A DNA stretch of 64,000 bases, from contig CAVQVT010000014.1 in assembly GCA_963717255.1 (NCBI GenBank), positions 72,751 to 136,750 of the forward strand. The letters run 5' to 3'. The notes under the pieces were generated by a model, which was not told the DNA's origin, searched no databases, and saw nothing but the letters and a program-made list of their open reading frames with translations. Shown piece by piece: positions 28,275 to 37,889 of the stretch; positions within the stretch are counted from its first letter, which is position 1; each line of letters starts with the position of its first letter. The translations under genes were made by a program, and so were the position numbers. Source of the stretch: an uncultured Chloroflexia bacterium. GTDB lineage: Bacteria; Chloroflexota; Limnocylindria; Limnocylindrales; CSP1-4.

Positions 28275-30054
28275 ATGGAAGCGACACCCGTCCCGGAGAC
28301 CGGCGCGCCCGGCGGCTACAGCGGCCACGGCTGGCGGCCGGCCATCGAGGTCTCGCACCGCGCGCGGATGGAGATCCTCGGCGCCGTCCTCCTCGCGCTC
28401 CTCCTCGGCGCGCTCGACCAGACGATCGTCGGGACGGCGCTGCCGACCATCGTCACCGACCTGCGCGGCAACGACCTCTACACCTGGGTCGTGACGATCT
28501 ACCTCCTCACGAGCACGATCTCGGTCCCGTTCTACGGGAAGCTCTCCGACCTGTACGGGCGGAAGCCGCTCCTGATCATCGGGATCGTCATCTTCCTCAT
28601 CGGATCGGCGCTCTCGGGCCTCTCGCAGACGATGGAGCAGCTGATCCTCTTCCGCGGCATCCAGGGCCTCGGCGCCGGTGCGCTCTTCCCGATCAGCCTC
28701 GCGATCATCGGCGACCTGTTCAGCCCGCAGGAACGCGGCAAGTACCAGGGACTCTTCGGCGCCGTCTTCGGCGTCTCGGCGCTCGTCGGTCCCGCCCTCG
28801 GCGGGTTCATCACCGACACGTGGAGCTGGCACTGGGTCTTCTACGTGAACATCCCGGTCGGCATGGTCTCGCTCTACTTCATCGTCCGGCTGCTCCCCAC
28901 GGTGAAGCGGGCGGACGCCACGCGGACGTTCGACCTCCTGGGCGCATCGGTCTTCGTCGTCGCGATGGTGCCGTTCCTCGTGGGCCTGACGAACGCGCAG
29001 AGCGGCGAGTGGACGGACCCGACGGTCGGCGGGTTCATCATCTTCGGCCTGGCCGCGTTCCTCGTGTTCCTCGTCATCGAGTGGAAGGCGAAGGAGCCGA
29101 TCGTCCCGCTCGACCTCTGGCGCGGACGGACGTACGCAGGCTCGATCGTCGCGACGTTCTTCGCGGCGTTCGGCTTCTTCGCCGCGACCGTCTTCCTGCC
29201 GCGCTTCTACCAGGTGGTCCTCGGCGAGAGCGCGACGATGAGCGGCTACGAGCTGTTCCCACTCCTGATCGGCGTCATCGGGTCGAGCATCCTGTCGGGG
29301 CAGATCGTGGCGCGGACGGGGAAGTACAAGCTCCTCATCACGGTCTCGGTCGCGCTCATCGTCGTCGGCTCGTACCTGCTCACGAACATGACGTCCACGA
29401 CCGACCCGTGGGTCATCCGTGCCTGGATGTTCGTCCTCGGCGTGGGCATCGGCCCGACCCTCGCGGTCTTCACGATCATCGTCCAGATCGCGGTCCCGTT
29501 CTCCAAGCTCGGCGTCGCGACATCCAACCTGACGTTCTTCCGGCAGATCGGCGGCGTCGTGGGCCTCTCGATCGCGGGCACCGTCTTCGGGACCATCCTC
29601 CGGGACCAATCCCCGTCCAGCTGGCGGCCGAGGGTGTCCCGGCGCAGGTCGTGGGTCTCTTCCAGGGCGGCGCATTCGACCCGAACAACCTCGTGGGGGT
29701 CGGCGGCGACCTGGGCAAGACCATCCTTGGGACCGTCCCGTACAAGCTCCGGCCAGACGTGAAGCCGCTGATCCCGGACATCGTGAACGCCATCTACGCG
29801 GCGATCACGCTCGCGATCGCGAACGTCTTCTGGCTCGGGGTGATCGGCGGCGTGGCCGCGTTCGTCGCCGTCCTGTTCATCCGGGAGCTGCCGCTGCGGA
29901 CCGCGACGCGACTGCCGATGAAGACGAAGGAGGGGGCGACGGCCCCCGCTCCTGGGACGGTCGAGGGCGCTCCGGCGGACGGCGTGCAGCCGGGTGCCGT
30001 GCCGGCGGCGCCAAGGCGCCCCCGGAGCCGGCCGAGGCGCCCGGGACGGCGTGA
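28275..30054 (+). CDS. DHA2 (EmrB/QacA-type, 14-TMS) MFS transporter; two frame shifts as assembled (~29609 and ~30002)
   Basis: ORF 28254..29762 (ATG 28275 after GAGGAGAG) has LDQTIVGTALPTI, GKLSDLYGRKP, LFRGIQGLGAG. After GTVFGTILRDQ the protein continues in the frame of ORF 28820..30463 (IPVQLAAEGVPAQVVGLF...FIRELPL). The tail AGGAKAPPEPAEAPGTA with stop TGA 30052-30054 is in the third frame. Confidence 0.75.
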
Positions 30055-30130
30055 TCCCGTGACGACCCGCATCGCACTCATCCCCGACGGGCTCGCCGCG
30101 CACGGCACGACTGGTGCGCCCCATCGCCCG

Positions 30131-30556
30131 ATGCTCCCCCTCGCCGCCCTGCCCGCGGGCACGATGCGCAGGGTGTCGATCGGCGACCTGGACATCCTGC
30201 TCGCGCATACGAGCGAGGGCATCGTGGCGACGGACGACCGGTGCCCGCACATGTCGGCGCCGCTGTCGCTCGGCGCGCTCGACGGCTGCTCGCTGGCGTG
30301 CCCGCTCCATCGCGGGGTGTTCGACCTCGCGACGGGTGACACCCTCCAGCCGCCGACGACGGGCGGGCTCGACGCCGACGGCGTGATCCATCCGACTGGG
30401 CCCCGGCCGGCTCAGAGCCGAAGCCCGACCCGCCCGGCCCGAAGGCCGAGGCGCGGAAGCTGACGCGGACGCGCCGGATCCGCTTCTACCCGGTGCGGAT
30501 ACGGGGGGGCGGTCGAGGTCGCGCTGCCGCGCGAGGTGGTGGGCCCGATCGAGTAG
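30131..30556 (+). CDS. Rieske [2Fe-2S] domain protein (ferredoxin-type); two frame shifts as assembled (~30393 and G7 run 30503-30509)
   Basis: MLPLAALPAGTMRRVSIGDLDILLAHTSEGIVATDDRCPHMSAPL...CSLACPLHRGVFDLATGD (CxH...CxxH). Continues as DWAPAGSEPKPDPPGPKAEARKLTRTRRIRFYPVRIRGG in the frame of ORF 30493, then AVEVALPREVVGPIE with stop TAG 30554-30556 in the first frame. An alternative GTG start is at 30059. Confidence 0.65.
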
Positions 30557-30657
30557 TCACGCCGGCCGCCGGGGCCGGGGGGCGGCAGCGTCGCCGGCCG
30601 GCGCGCCCCGTCGCGGCGAGGCCCTCCGGCCCCGCGCGTTGCGGCTGGGATAAGGAG

Positions 30658-30684
30658 CCTGAATCTTCAGGGAACGTTCAGGGA
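30658..30684 (+). promoter_or_regulatory. Palindrome plus 8-3-8 direct repeat upstream of the HtrA-like gene (candidate regulator binding site)
   Basis: CCTGAA-tc-TTCAGG (30658-30671) overlaps TTCAGGGA (30666-30673), acg, TTCAGGGA (30677-30684). Lies 74-100 nt upstream of ATG 30758 in an AT-richer patch. Confidence 0.45.
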
Positions 30685-30757
30685 GTGGACCGATGGTGTG
30701 CGACGTCCGGACCTGGCCTCACGGGTCCGGCCACGACCAGAGGAGACGACGTCCCTG

Positions 30758-32191
30758 ATGGACCCCGAGACGCAGAAGCCCATCGTGTGGGAGGCGGAGG
30801 CGCCGGCGCCAGCGCCCGAACCCGCCCCCGCGATCCCGACCGAGACCGCCGCCCCCACGCCCGCCCCGGACCAGGTCGCCCCGGCCCCGGCCCTCCCCCC
30901 GCTGCCGCGACCTCGCCTCGCCGTCGCGGTCTGGTGGCCGTCGCAGCGATCGCCGTCAGCGCGGCGGTCATCGGCGCCGGCGGCACCGTCGGCGCGCTTG
31001 CGGCGGCGGGCATGCTCGACCAGAGGACGGTCGCCGTCATCGCGGAGACGCCGGCCCAGGCCGCGAGCCTTGTCACCCCGCAGGCCGAATCCGCGCAGCA
31101 GTCGCCGACCGCCGCGTTCACCGGCGTGAATGACACGGTGATCGCCGCCGCGGGCCGCATCAGCCCCGCCGTGGTGACGATCATCTCGTCCACCACGACG
31201 GGTAAGACCGGGTCCGGGCGAGCTCCAGGATCCCTTCGGCCAGGGCAACGGCACCGACCCGTTCGGCCAGAACAACGGCCAGGGCCAGGGGGACGGCGGC
31301 AGCAGCCAGTCTCCCTACGGCCTGCCCGCCGACCAGTCCCCCGTCGGCGTCGGCTCCGGCTTCATCTTCGATGCGAACGGCTGGATCCTCACGAACCACC
31401 ACGTCGTCGACGGTGCGACCAACCTGACGGTCCAGCTGGCGGACGGACATTCGTTCCCGGCCACGGTCTACGGCACCGACACCCTCACGGACCTCGCGAT
31501 CGTGAAGATCGACGCGACCGGCCTCCCCGTGGCGAACCTGGGCGACTTGTCCGCCCTGCGGGTCGGCCAGCTGGCCATCGCGGTCGGCGACCCGCTCGGC
31601 GAGTACCCGGGCACCGTCACGACCGGCGTCGTCTCCGGCCTCGGCCGCTCGATCCAGGACGCGAGCATCGACCTCGACAACCTCATCCAGACGGATGCGG
31701 CCATCAACCCGGGCAACAGCGGCGGCCCGCTCGTGGACGAGACCGGCGCCGTCATCGGCATCGACACGGCGATCGCCGGGTCGGCCCAGGGCATCGGCTT
31801 CGCGATCCCCGTCAACCTCGCGAAGCCCCTCATGCAGCAGGCGCTCGCCGGCCAGCAGCTGAGCCGCCCGTGGCTCGGGGTCCGCTACCAGCCGCTCGAC
31901 ACAGGCGTCGCGACCCGGAACGACCTCTCGGTCACGTCGGGCGCCTGGATCACGTCCGGCGGGAACGGCTCGGCGGTCGAGTCCGGCAGCCCGGCGGAGA
32001 AGGCCGGCCTGAAGGAAGGCGACATCATCACCGCGGTGAACGGCACGAGGATCGACACGAGCCACCCTCTCATCGAGCTCATCGCCTCGAACGCCCCCGG
32101 CGAGACGATCACCCTCTCCGTCCGCCGCGGCAGCGCCGACGCGGACATCCAGGTCACCCTCACGACGAGGTCGCCGAACACGAACGGCTGA
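30758..32191 (+). CDS. htrA: HtrA/DegP-family trypsin-like serine protease with PDZ domain; two frame shifts as assembled (~30900-30935 and ~31200-31222)
   Basis: Three collinear frames. MDPETQKPIVWEAEAPAP... (ORF 30698, ATG 30758, AGGAGA RBS). LVAVAAIAVSAAVIGAGG...ISPAVVTIISSTT (ORF 30493 frame). GSGFIFDANGWILTNHHVV...TDLAIVKIDA...TDAAINPGNSGGPLVD...PDZ (ORF 31502..32191 frame, open from 31178). Confidence 0.8.
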
Positions 32192-32232
32192 CCCAGGCAG
32201 GCGGACCCCACCCGCCCCGCACGACCCCCTCG

Positions 32233-32261
32233 ACGGCCCCGGGCGATCGCCCCGGGGCCGT
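32233..32261 (+). terminator. Strong GC hairpin downstream of htrA (candidate intrinsic terminator)
   Basis: ACGGCCCCGGG-cgatcgc-CCCGGGGCCGT (11-bp stem, 7-nt loop) followed by TT. Starts 42 nt after the htrA stop. Confidence 0.5.
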
Positions 32262-32530
32262 TCGGCGTCTCCGGGGCGGCCGGGGTGCGGGGGGCGGCCG
32301 GCCGGGCCGCAGGTCGAGCGGTCCGCTGCGCCATCCATCACCGCGGGGACTCCGGACGGGGGTGCGCCGTCCTCGACCTGCCCGCGCACGCTCACGGACG
32401 AACGGCCGAGTCACCGGAACCGTCGCCGGGGTGATGCGCGGCGCGAGGGCGAGCATCCCGCAGTCCTCGGGATGATGGCGGCGCGCGGGCGAGCCCCCTC
32501 AGAGGCGCATCGCCGATCCGTCGGCTCCTC

Positions 32531-33352
32531 TCAGCGGCCGATGCCGCCCGGGTCCTCGAAGGGCGTGGCCTCCGCGAGCGCGTGCCGTCGGCGGGAGTAC
32601 TCGGCGAGGATCGCCGACGCTTCGGCCACCTCGTCGGTCACGTGGAAGAGGTCGAGGTCGTCAGCGCCGATCGCGCCCGAAGGGACGAGGGTGGAGCGCG
32701 CCCAGTCGAAGAGCCCGTCCCAGTACTCGTGCCCGATGAGCACGATCGGGAAGTGCTCGATCCTCTTCGTCTGGACCAGCGTGAGCGACTCGAACAGCTC
32801 GTCGAGCGTCCCGTAGCCGCCGGGGAAGATCGCGAACCCGTCCGCGTACTTCACGAACATCGTCTTGCGGACGAAGAAGTAGCGGAACTCGATCGAGAGG
32901 TCCAGGTACGCGTTCGGTGACTGCTCGTGCGGCAGCTCGATGTTCAGCCCGACCGACAGCCCGCCCGCCTCCTGGCACCCGCGGTTGGCCGCCTCCATCA
33001 CGCCCGGCCCGCCGCCGGTGATGACCGCGAGGCCCTCCCGCGCGAGGAGACGGCCGAGCTCGCGGGCCTTCTCGTACGCCTCCGTCTCCTCGCCGAACCG
33101 CGCGGAGCCGAAGACCGTGATGGCCGGCCCCACGACCGCCAGGTCGTCGATCCCGTCCACGAACTCGCCGAGGATCCGCAGGACCCGCCACGGGTCGCTG
33201 TCGAGGAAGGCCGGCCGCGGCGGCCGGCGGAGCAGCCGCTCGTCGGCCGTGGCGCCGCCCTCGTGGAGACGCGCCAGCTGGACGCCGCGCCCGCGGAGGA
33301 CGACGCGCCCTGATCGCCGGTGCTCCGAGATCGGCTCGCCGGTGTCCGTCAT
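32531..33352 (-). CDS. LOG family protein (TIGR00730-type, cytokinin riboside 5'-monophosphate phosphoribohydrolase-like)
   Basis: ORF 32531..33352, 273 aa. ITVFGSAR, VITGGGPGVMEAANRG, FPGGYGTLDELFE motifs. Confidence 0.85.
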   Translation of the reverse strand: MTDTGEPISEHRRSGRVVLRGRGVQLARLHEGGATADERLLRRPPRPAFLDSDPWRVLRILGEFVDGIDDLAVVGPAITVFGSARFGEETEAYEKARELGRLLAREGLAVITGGGPGVMEAANRGCQEAGGLSVGLNIELPHEQSPNAYLDLSIEFRYFFVRKTMFVKYADGFAIFPGGYGTLDELFESLTLVQTKRIEHFPIVLIGHEYWDGLFDWARSTLVPSGAIGADDLDLFHVTDEVAEASAILAEYSRRRHALAEATPFEDPGGIGR

Positions 33353-33370
33353 CGCGTCACCCCCGCCCGG

Positions 33371-33802
33371 TCATGTCTTCGTGCCCGGCGCGCGCGCGCC
33401 GGGTCCGGCGCCGATCACGGCCACGGGAGGGGCGCCCGCGGCGACCCACGCCGTCCACGCCGCCTCCGCCGGACCGGCCGAGACCTCCCGCCCATCCCGG
33501 CAGAGCGGCAGCCGGAGCAGCCGCTGGTCCGCGAGGAGGCGCCCCGCCAGCTCGGCATCGTCCATCCGCAGGTACCCGAGCCCGGCGTCGCGCCAGGCCT
33601 TCCCGTCCGTGTCGGCGCACGCGGCCGCGCCCAGCCGCTCGACGAACCGCCGCAGCTCCCCCGGGGCGATCGGCCGGGCCCGCAGGTTCACGTACGCGAC
33701 GGGGACCCGTCGCTCCTTGAAGAAGCGCAGAGCGGCGCGCGTCGCCTGGGAGTCGTCGCGGCCGAAGACCTGGATGGGGGCGCGGGCGGAGGGCGCGGTC
33801 AT
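33371..33802 (-). CDS. ArsC/Spx/MgsR-family (YffB-like) protein lacking the N-terminal redox Cys
   Basis: Last 143 codons of ORF 33371..36067 from MTAPSARAPIQVFGRDDSQATRAALRFFKERRVPVAYVNL (ATG 33802). The rest of the track ORF is antisense junk over xth and the ACT genes. Confidence 0.6.
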   Translation of the reverse strand: MTAPSARAPIQVFGRDDSQATRAALRFFKERRVPVAYVNLRARPIAPGELRRFVERLGAAACADTDGKAWRDAGLGYLRMDDAELAGRLLADQRLLRLPLCRDGREVSAGPAEAAWTAWVAAGAPPVAVIGAGPGARAPGTKT

Positions 33803-33884
33803 GACGACAGCGTACGTCGTGCGCGGGAGCGGTACCATCCGCCGCGCAGGCATCCGCGCGACCCGCGGCCCACGGAGGCGCCCC

Positions 33885-34145
33885 ATGTCGACCTGGTTCA
33901 CCGTCACGCTCGACGACCGGCCGGGATCGCTCGCGCGCGTCGCCACCGCCCTCGGAGAGCGCGGCGTGAACATCACGGGGATCGTCGGCGTCGCCGAGGA
34001 CACCGACGGCGCGCTCATGCTCACCACGAACGACCCCGACCGCACGCGCGAGGCGTTCGCCGCGCTCGGCCTGGCGTTCGAGGAGCACGCGGCCGATGAC
34101 GGGGCGCGGATCGCGGGGATGGCAGCGGGACTGGCCGACAGATGA
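33885..34145 (+). CDS. Stand-alone ACT domain protein
   Basis: Tail of ORF 32940..34145 from MSTWFTVTLDDRPGSLARVATALGERGVNITGIVG (ATG 33885, GGAGG RBS). 86 aa. Confidence 0.65.
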   Translation: MSTWFTVTLDDRPGSLARVATALGERGVNITGIVGVAEDTDGALMLTTNDPDRTREAFAALGLAFEEHAADDGARIAGMAAGLADR

Positions 34146-34840
34146 CATCGCGGCGCCGCGGCGAGCGCGCTCCCGCCCCCACCGTCGCGATCCGCGTCGA
34201 GCACGCCGACCGACCGGCGCTCGTCGCCGCGATCACGGCGCGCGTCGCCGAAGCTGGTGGGACGGTCCGGACCCTCTCGACCGTCCGGCGCGTCGCGGAT
34301 GGGGCGGGTGCGGATCACGTCGAGAGCGAGCTCGAGGTCGAGTCGGTCGGGGCGGACGACCTCCTCGCGGCGATCGGGGGCGTGCCCGGCGTTCTCGCGG
34401 TCCGCCCCACGCGGGCGCTCGACAAGGTGTTCGGCAAGCGCGTCATCGTGGTCGGGGGCGGCGCGCAGGTCGCGCAGGTCGCCCTCGGGGCGGTGAGCGA
34501 GGCGGACCGCCACAACCTCCGCGGCGAGCTCATCAGCGTGGACACGATCCCGCTCGTCTCGGAGGAGAAGATCGCGGCGGCGGTCCGCGCCGTCGCCGAC
34601 CTGCCTCGCGCCCGCCTCCTCGTCCTCGCCGGCTCCATCATGGGCGGCGACATCAGCAAGGCCGCCGACGAGCTCCGTGCGCGCGGGATCCCCGTCATCG
34701 CGCTCAACATGGCCGGGTCGATCACCGACCACGTGGATCTCGTCGTCACCGATCCGGTCCAGGCCGGCACGATGGCGGTCATGGCGATCGCCGACACGGC
34801 GTCGTTCGACCTCGCGCGGCAGCGCGGCAAGCGGTACTGA
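34142..34840 (+). CDS. ACT domain protein with C-terminal Rossmann-like (DUF5612-like) domain
   Basis: ORF 34142..34840, 232 aa. ATG overlaps the upstream TGA (ATGA). VAIRVEHADRPALVAAITARVAEAGG (ACT), then KRVIVVGGGAQVAQVALGAVSEADRHNLRGELISVDTIPLV. The DUF assignment is from memory of the family pattern. Confidence 0.55.
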   Translation: MTSRRRGERAPAPTVAIRVEHADRPALVAAITARVAEAGGTVRTLSTVRRVADGAGADHVESELEVESVGADDLLAAIGGVPGVLAVRPTRALDKVFGKRVIVVGGGAQVAQVALGAVSEADRHNLRGELISVDTIPLVSEEKIAAAVRAVADLPRARLLVLAGSIMGGDISKAADELRARGIPVIALNMAGSITDHVDLVVTDPVQAGTMAVMAIADTASFDLARQRGKRY

Positions 34841-34918
34841 CAGGAGCCACTCACCGAGGGCGACGCAGGAAGCACCGGCGCGGGACCGAACCGCCCGCGG
34901 GATCGCGAGGGAGACGCG

Positions 34919-35818
34919 ATGCGCATCGCGACGTGGAACGTGAACTCGCTCAAGGCTCGCCTCGAGAAGGTCGAGTGGTGGCTCGAGCGCGCCGCGCCGG
35001 ACGTGCTCCTCCTGCAGGAGACGAAGCTGTCCGACGACGCGGCGCCGGTCATGGCGTTCCAGATGGCGGGGTACACCCTGGTGCACCACGGCGAGGGCCG
35101 GTGGAACGGTGTCGCGATCGCGAGCCGCGTGGGTGCCTCGGATGTCGTGACGAACTTCGGTGACGGGCCCGTGCGGTCGTCGGCGGCCGGCGCGGCGGTG
35201 GCGACCGCCGAGGAGGACTTCGACCCGTTCGACGAGGCGCGGATGGTCTCCGCGGTCTGCGGCGGCGTGCGGGTGGTCTCCCTCTACGCCCCGAACGGCC
35301 GGGCGCTCGACACGCCCTTCTACGCGGGCAAGCTCGCGTGGTTCGCCCGCCTCCGGCGATGGCTCGACGAGACGCAGGACCCGGCGGCACGGCTCGTGCT
35401 CGGCGGCGACCTGAACGTGGCGCCGGCGGACCGCGACGTGTGGGATCCGGCGGCCACGCACGGCTCCACGCACGTGAGCGAGCCCGAGCGCGACGCGTTC
35501 CGTGCGCTCCTCGACTGGGGCCTCGCGGACGTCTACCGCGACCGCCACGACGAGCCGGGCCGCTTCACGTGGTGGGACTACCGCGCCGGCGACTTCCAGC
35601 GCAACGAGGGGATGCGGATCGACCATCTTCTCGCGTCCGCGCCGGTCGCGGCGCGCGTCGTCGGCGTGGAGATCGACCGCGAGGCGCGGAAGGGGAAGCC
35701 CGTCCCGTCCGATCACGCGCCGCTGGTCATGGATCTCGACGAGCCCGGGCAGGGGTTCGATCCCGGCTGGGCCGGCGCGGACGAGAGATCCGCCGCGCGG
35801 CGCGCGGCGCACGGCTGA
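34919..35818 (+). CDS. xth: Exodeoxyribonuclease III (AP endonuclease, EEP family)
   Basis: ORF 34919..35818, 299 aa. MRIATWNVNSLKARL, LLLQETK, GDLNVAP, RIDHLL, SDHAP motifs. Confidence 0.9.
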   Translation: MRIATWNVNSLKARLEKVEWWLERAAPDVLLLQETKLSDDAAPVMAFQMAGYTLVHHGEGRWNGVAIASRVGASDVVTNFGDGPVRSSAAGAAVATAEEDFDPFDEARMVSAVCGGVRVVSLYAPNGRALDTPFYAGKLAWFARLRRWLDETQDPAARLVLGGDLNVAPADRDVWDPAATHGSTHVSEPERDAFRALLDWGLADVYRDRHDEPGRFTWWDYRAGDFQRNEGMRIDHLLASAPVAARVVGVEIDREARKGKPVPSDHAPLVMDLDEPGQGFDPGWAGADERSAARRAAHG

Positions 35819-36059
35819 GGGACCCGGCCCGGCGAGACGCGGGTCTCCGACGCCCACTCGTCGCGCCCCACCGCCGGCCGGTCGCGCGCGCTGCCGGAGG
35901 CGCGTGGGCGGTGCGTCGCGGACGACGAACGGCACTGGCCCGGCCCACCGGGGCGCGCCACGGTGGTCGATGCGGTTCGCGTCCACGCTCGCCATCGAAC
36001 GCGCGATCGGGTCGGTCGGCCGCACGTCGGGGCCGGCGCGCGGCCACGGGGAGGCGGAC

Positions 36060-36956
36060 ATGTCCATGCATCGTCGCTACGGGAGGACCGCGCTCGCGAC
36101 CGCCGCCGCAGGCGCGCTGCTGGTCGCCTCCACGGTGCTCGCCGCGGGCGGCGTCTCCGCGGCGACCGTGGCATACACGTGGCAGGCACGCGTGGGAAGC
36201 GGTGCGGCCGACATGGCCTCGCTCTACATCTACGAGGCCGGGAATGCGGCCCTGCGGTTCCGTGTCGCGGATTCCGGGCTTCCCGCCCGGTCGTCGTTCG
36301 CGGCCACGATCCGCAAGGGCGGCTGTCCGTCGACGTCCCTCCTGCTCGGCAAGACCCTCGTCACGCTGCCGCGCGTGTCGTCGGGTGCCGGCGGCTCGCT
36401 GCAGAAGAGCATCGCGGTCAGTGCCGCGTCCGCGAAGAAGGTCCGTGCTGCCTGGAACGCCGGGTCCCGCGTCGTGCTCGTCCTGACGGGCCGCTCCAAG
36501 TTCTGGTGCTCCCATTTCGCGGCCGTGGGGCGGGTCGGCGGGTCGGTGCGCGTCGGCAGTCAGCAGGTGCATGTCGTGAGCCGGGTCGAGCACTGGGCCA
36601 CGCCGCCGGGCGTGTCGATCGAAGGTGACGGCATCTACGCCACCGTCTACGTCCGCATCACGGCGCGCGCACAGACCGAGTACTCGGATCTCGCCTACGG
36701 CTTCCTGGCTCCCGACGGGACGACGTGGAGCAGGCCGATCGGGGCGGTCGGATACCGGTCGCCGGACCTTGGATCGGGCGACCTCGCGCCCGGCGAGAGC
36801 GCAGAGGGTTGGGTGACGATCGCGATCCCGCCCGATGACCACGATTCGCTCACGCTGGTCTACGAGGGCGGCTTCGACGTGTCGGCGTGGTCGTGGGAAG
36901 AGCCGACGCTGTACGTCCCGCTCACGCCACTGGATGACGAGAGCGCGGGCACGTAG
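36060..36956 (+). CDS. Secreted two-domain hypothetical protein, paralog of 11671..12579 (unknown Cys-pair N-domain plus DUF4352-like C-domain)
   Basis: Tail of ORF 35502..36956 from MSMHRRYGRTALATAAAGALLVASTVLAAGGVSA (ATG 36060). Shares W.ARVG, GLPAR, IR.G.C and a second Cys with the paralog. C-domain GIYATVYVRITARAQTEYSDLAYGFLAPDGTTW. Confidence 0.65.
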   Translation: MSMHRRYGRTALATAAAGALLVASTVLAAGGVSAATVAYTWQARVGSGAADMASLYIYEAGNAALRFRVADSGLPARSSFAATIRKGGCPSTSLLLGKTLVTLPRVSSGAGGSLQKSIAVSAASAKKVRAAWNAGSRVVLVLTGRSKFWCSHFAAVGRVGGSVRVGSQQVHVVSRVEHWATPPGVSIEGDGIYATVYVRITARAQTEYSDLAYGFLAPDGTTWSRPIGAVGYRSPDLGSGDLAPGESAEGWVTIAIPPDDHDSLTLVYEGGFDVSAWSWEEPTLYVPLTPLDDESAGT

Positions 36957-37118
36957 CCGTCGCCGTCGCCGCCTTCCTGAGGCGGATGCACGCGGCCGCC
37001 CGGGACCGTGCGGACCCGGGCGGTCGCGACCGCTGCTCGCGACCGGCGCCCGCCGAGCCTCACCGGCACCGCAGTGGCGCCGTAGACTCGCGGTGGTGGT
37101 GACAGAGCAGGAGCCGCG

Positions 37119-37886
37119 ATGAAGGCACCCGACCACGTTCCCGACTTCCACGCGGTCCTCGGCGGCGACGCGACGCCGATCGGGACCTGGCTGACGTCGA
37201 CCGATCCGGCCGCAGCCGAGATCGTCGCCGGATCCGGGCTGGACTTCATCGCGATCGACGGAGAGCACGGCGCGGTGGATGTCGGCTCGCTCGGCCCGAT
37301 CCTGGCCGCCATCCGGCCGCGCGGGATCCCCGTCCTCTTCCGGGTCGCGGAGAACGAGCAGTCGCGGATCCAGCACGCGCTCGACGCGGGGGCGAGCGGG
37401 GTCATCATCCCGCGGGTCCGTTCGGCGGCCGACGCGGCGCGCGCCGCACGCGCCACCCGCTACCCGCCGGGCGGGACGCGGGGCATCGGCCCGCGACGCG
37501 CCGGCGGCTATGGGCGCGACCACGGATATCTCGCTCGCGCCGACGGGCTCGTCGCGTGCGTCGTCCAGGTCGAGACCCGGGAGGCGATCGACGACCTGGA
37601 CGCGATCATCGCCGCGCCCTACGTCGACGCGCTCCTCGTCGGTCCGTACGACCTCTCGGGCGCCCTCGGGCACACGGCGGAGATCGACCACCCGGAGGTC
37701 GCGACGACGATCGAGACGGTGCGGGCGCGCGCGGCGGCGCGGGGGATGCCCGTGGGGATCCACGTCCCGAGCGCAGCCGCGGCCCGCGTGCGTATCGCGC
37801 AGGGGTTCGCATTCGTCACGGTGGCGACGGACTACGCCCTGTTCGCCGGCGCCGTCGATGCGATGGTCGCCGAGGTCCGCGGCTGA
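37119..37886 (+). CDS. HpcH/HpaI-family aldolase (2-keto-3-deoxy-acid aldolase-like)
   Basis: ORF 37119..37886, 255 aa. LDFIAIDGEHG, GASGVIIPRV, RYPPGGTRG, VQVETREAIDDLDAI motifs. Confidence 0.8.
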   Translation: MKAPDHVPDFHAVLGGDATPIGTWLTSTDPAAAEIVAGSGLDFIAIDGEHGAVDVGSLGPILAAIRPRGIPVLFRVAENEQSRIQHALDAGASGVIIPRVRSAADAARAARATRYPPGGTRGIGPRRAGGYGRDHGYLARADGLVACVVQVETREAIDDLDAIIAAPYVDALLVGPYDLSGALGHTAEIDHPEVATTIETVRARAAARGMPVGIHVPSAAAARVRIAQGFAFVTVATDYALFAGAVDAMVAEVRG

Positions 37887-37889
37887 CCG

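Noticed and set aside
33371-36067. The 898-aa minus-strand ORF.
   Set aside because: Only the last 143 codons (ArsC-like) make sense. The remainder is antisense to xth and the two ACT-domain genes.
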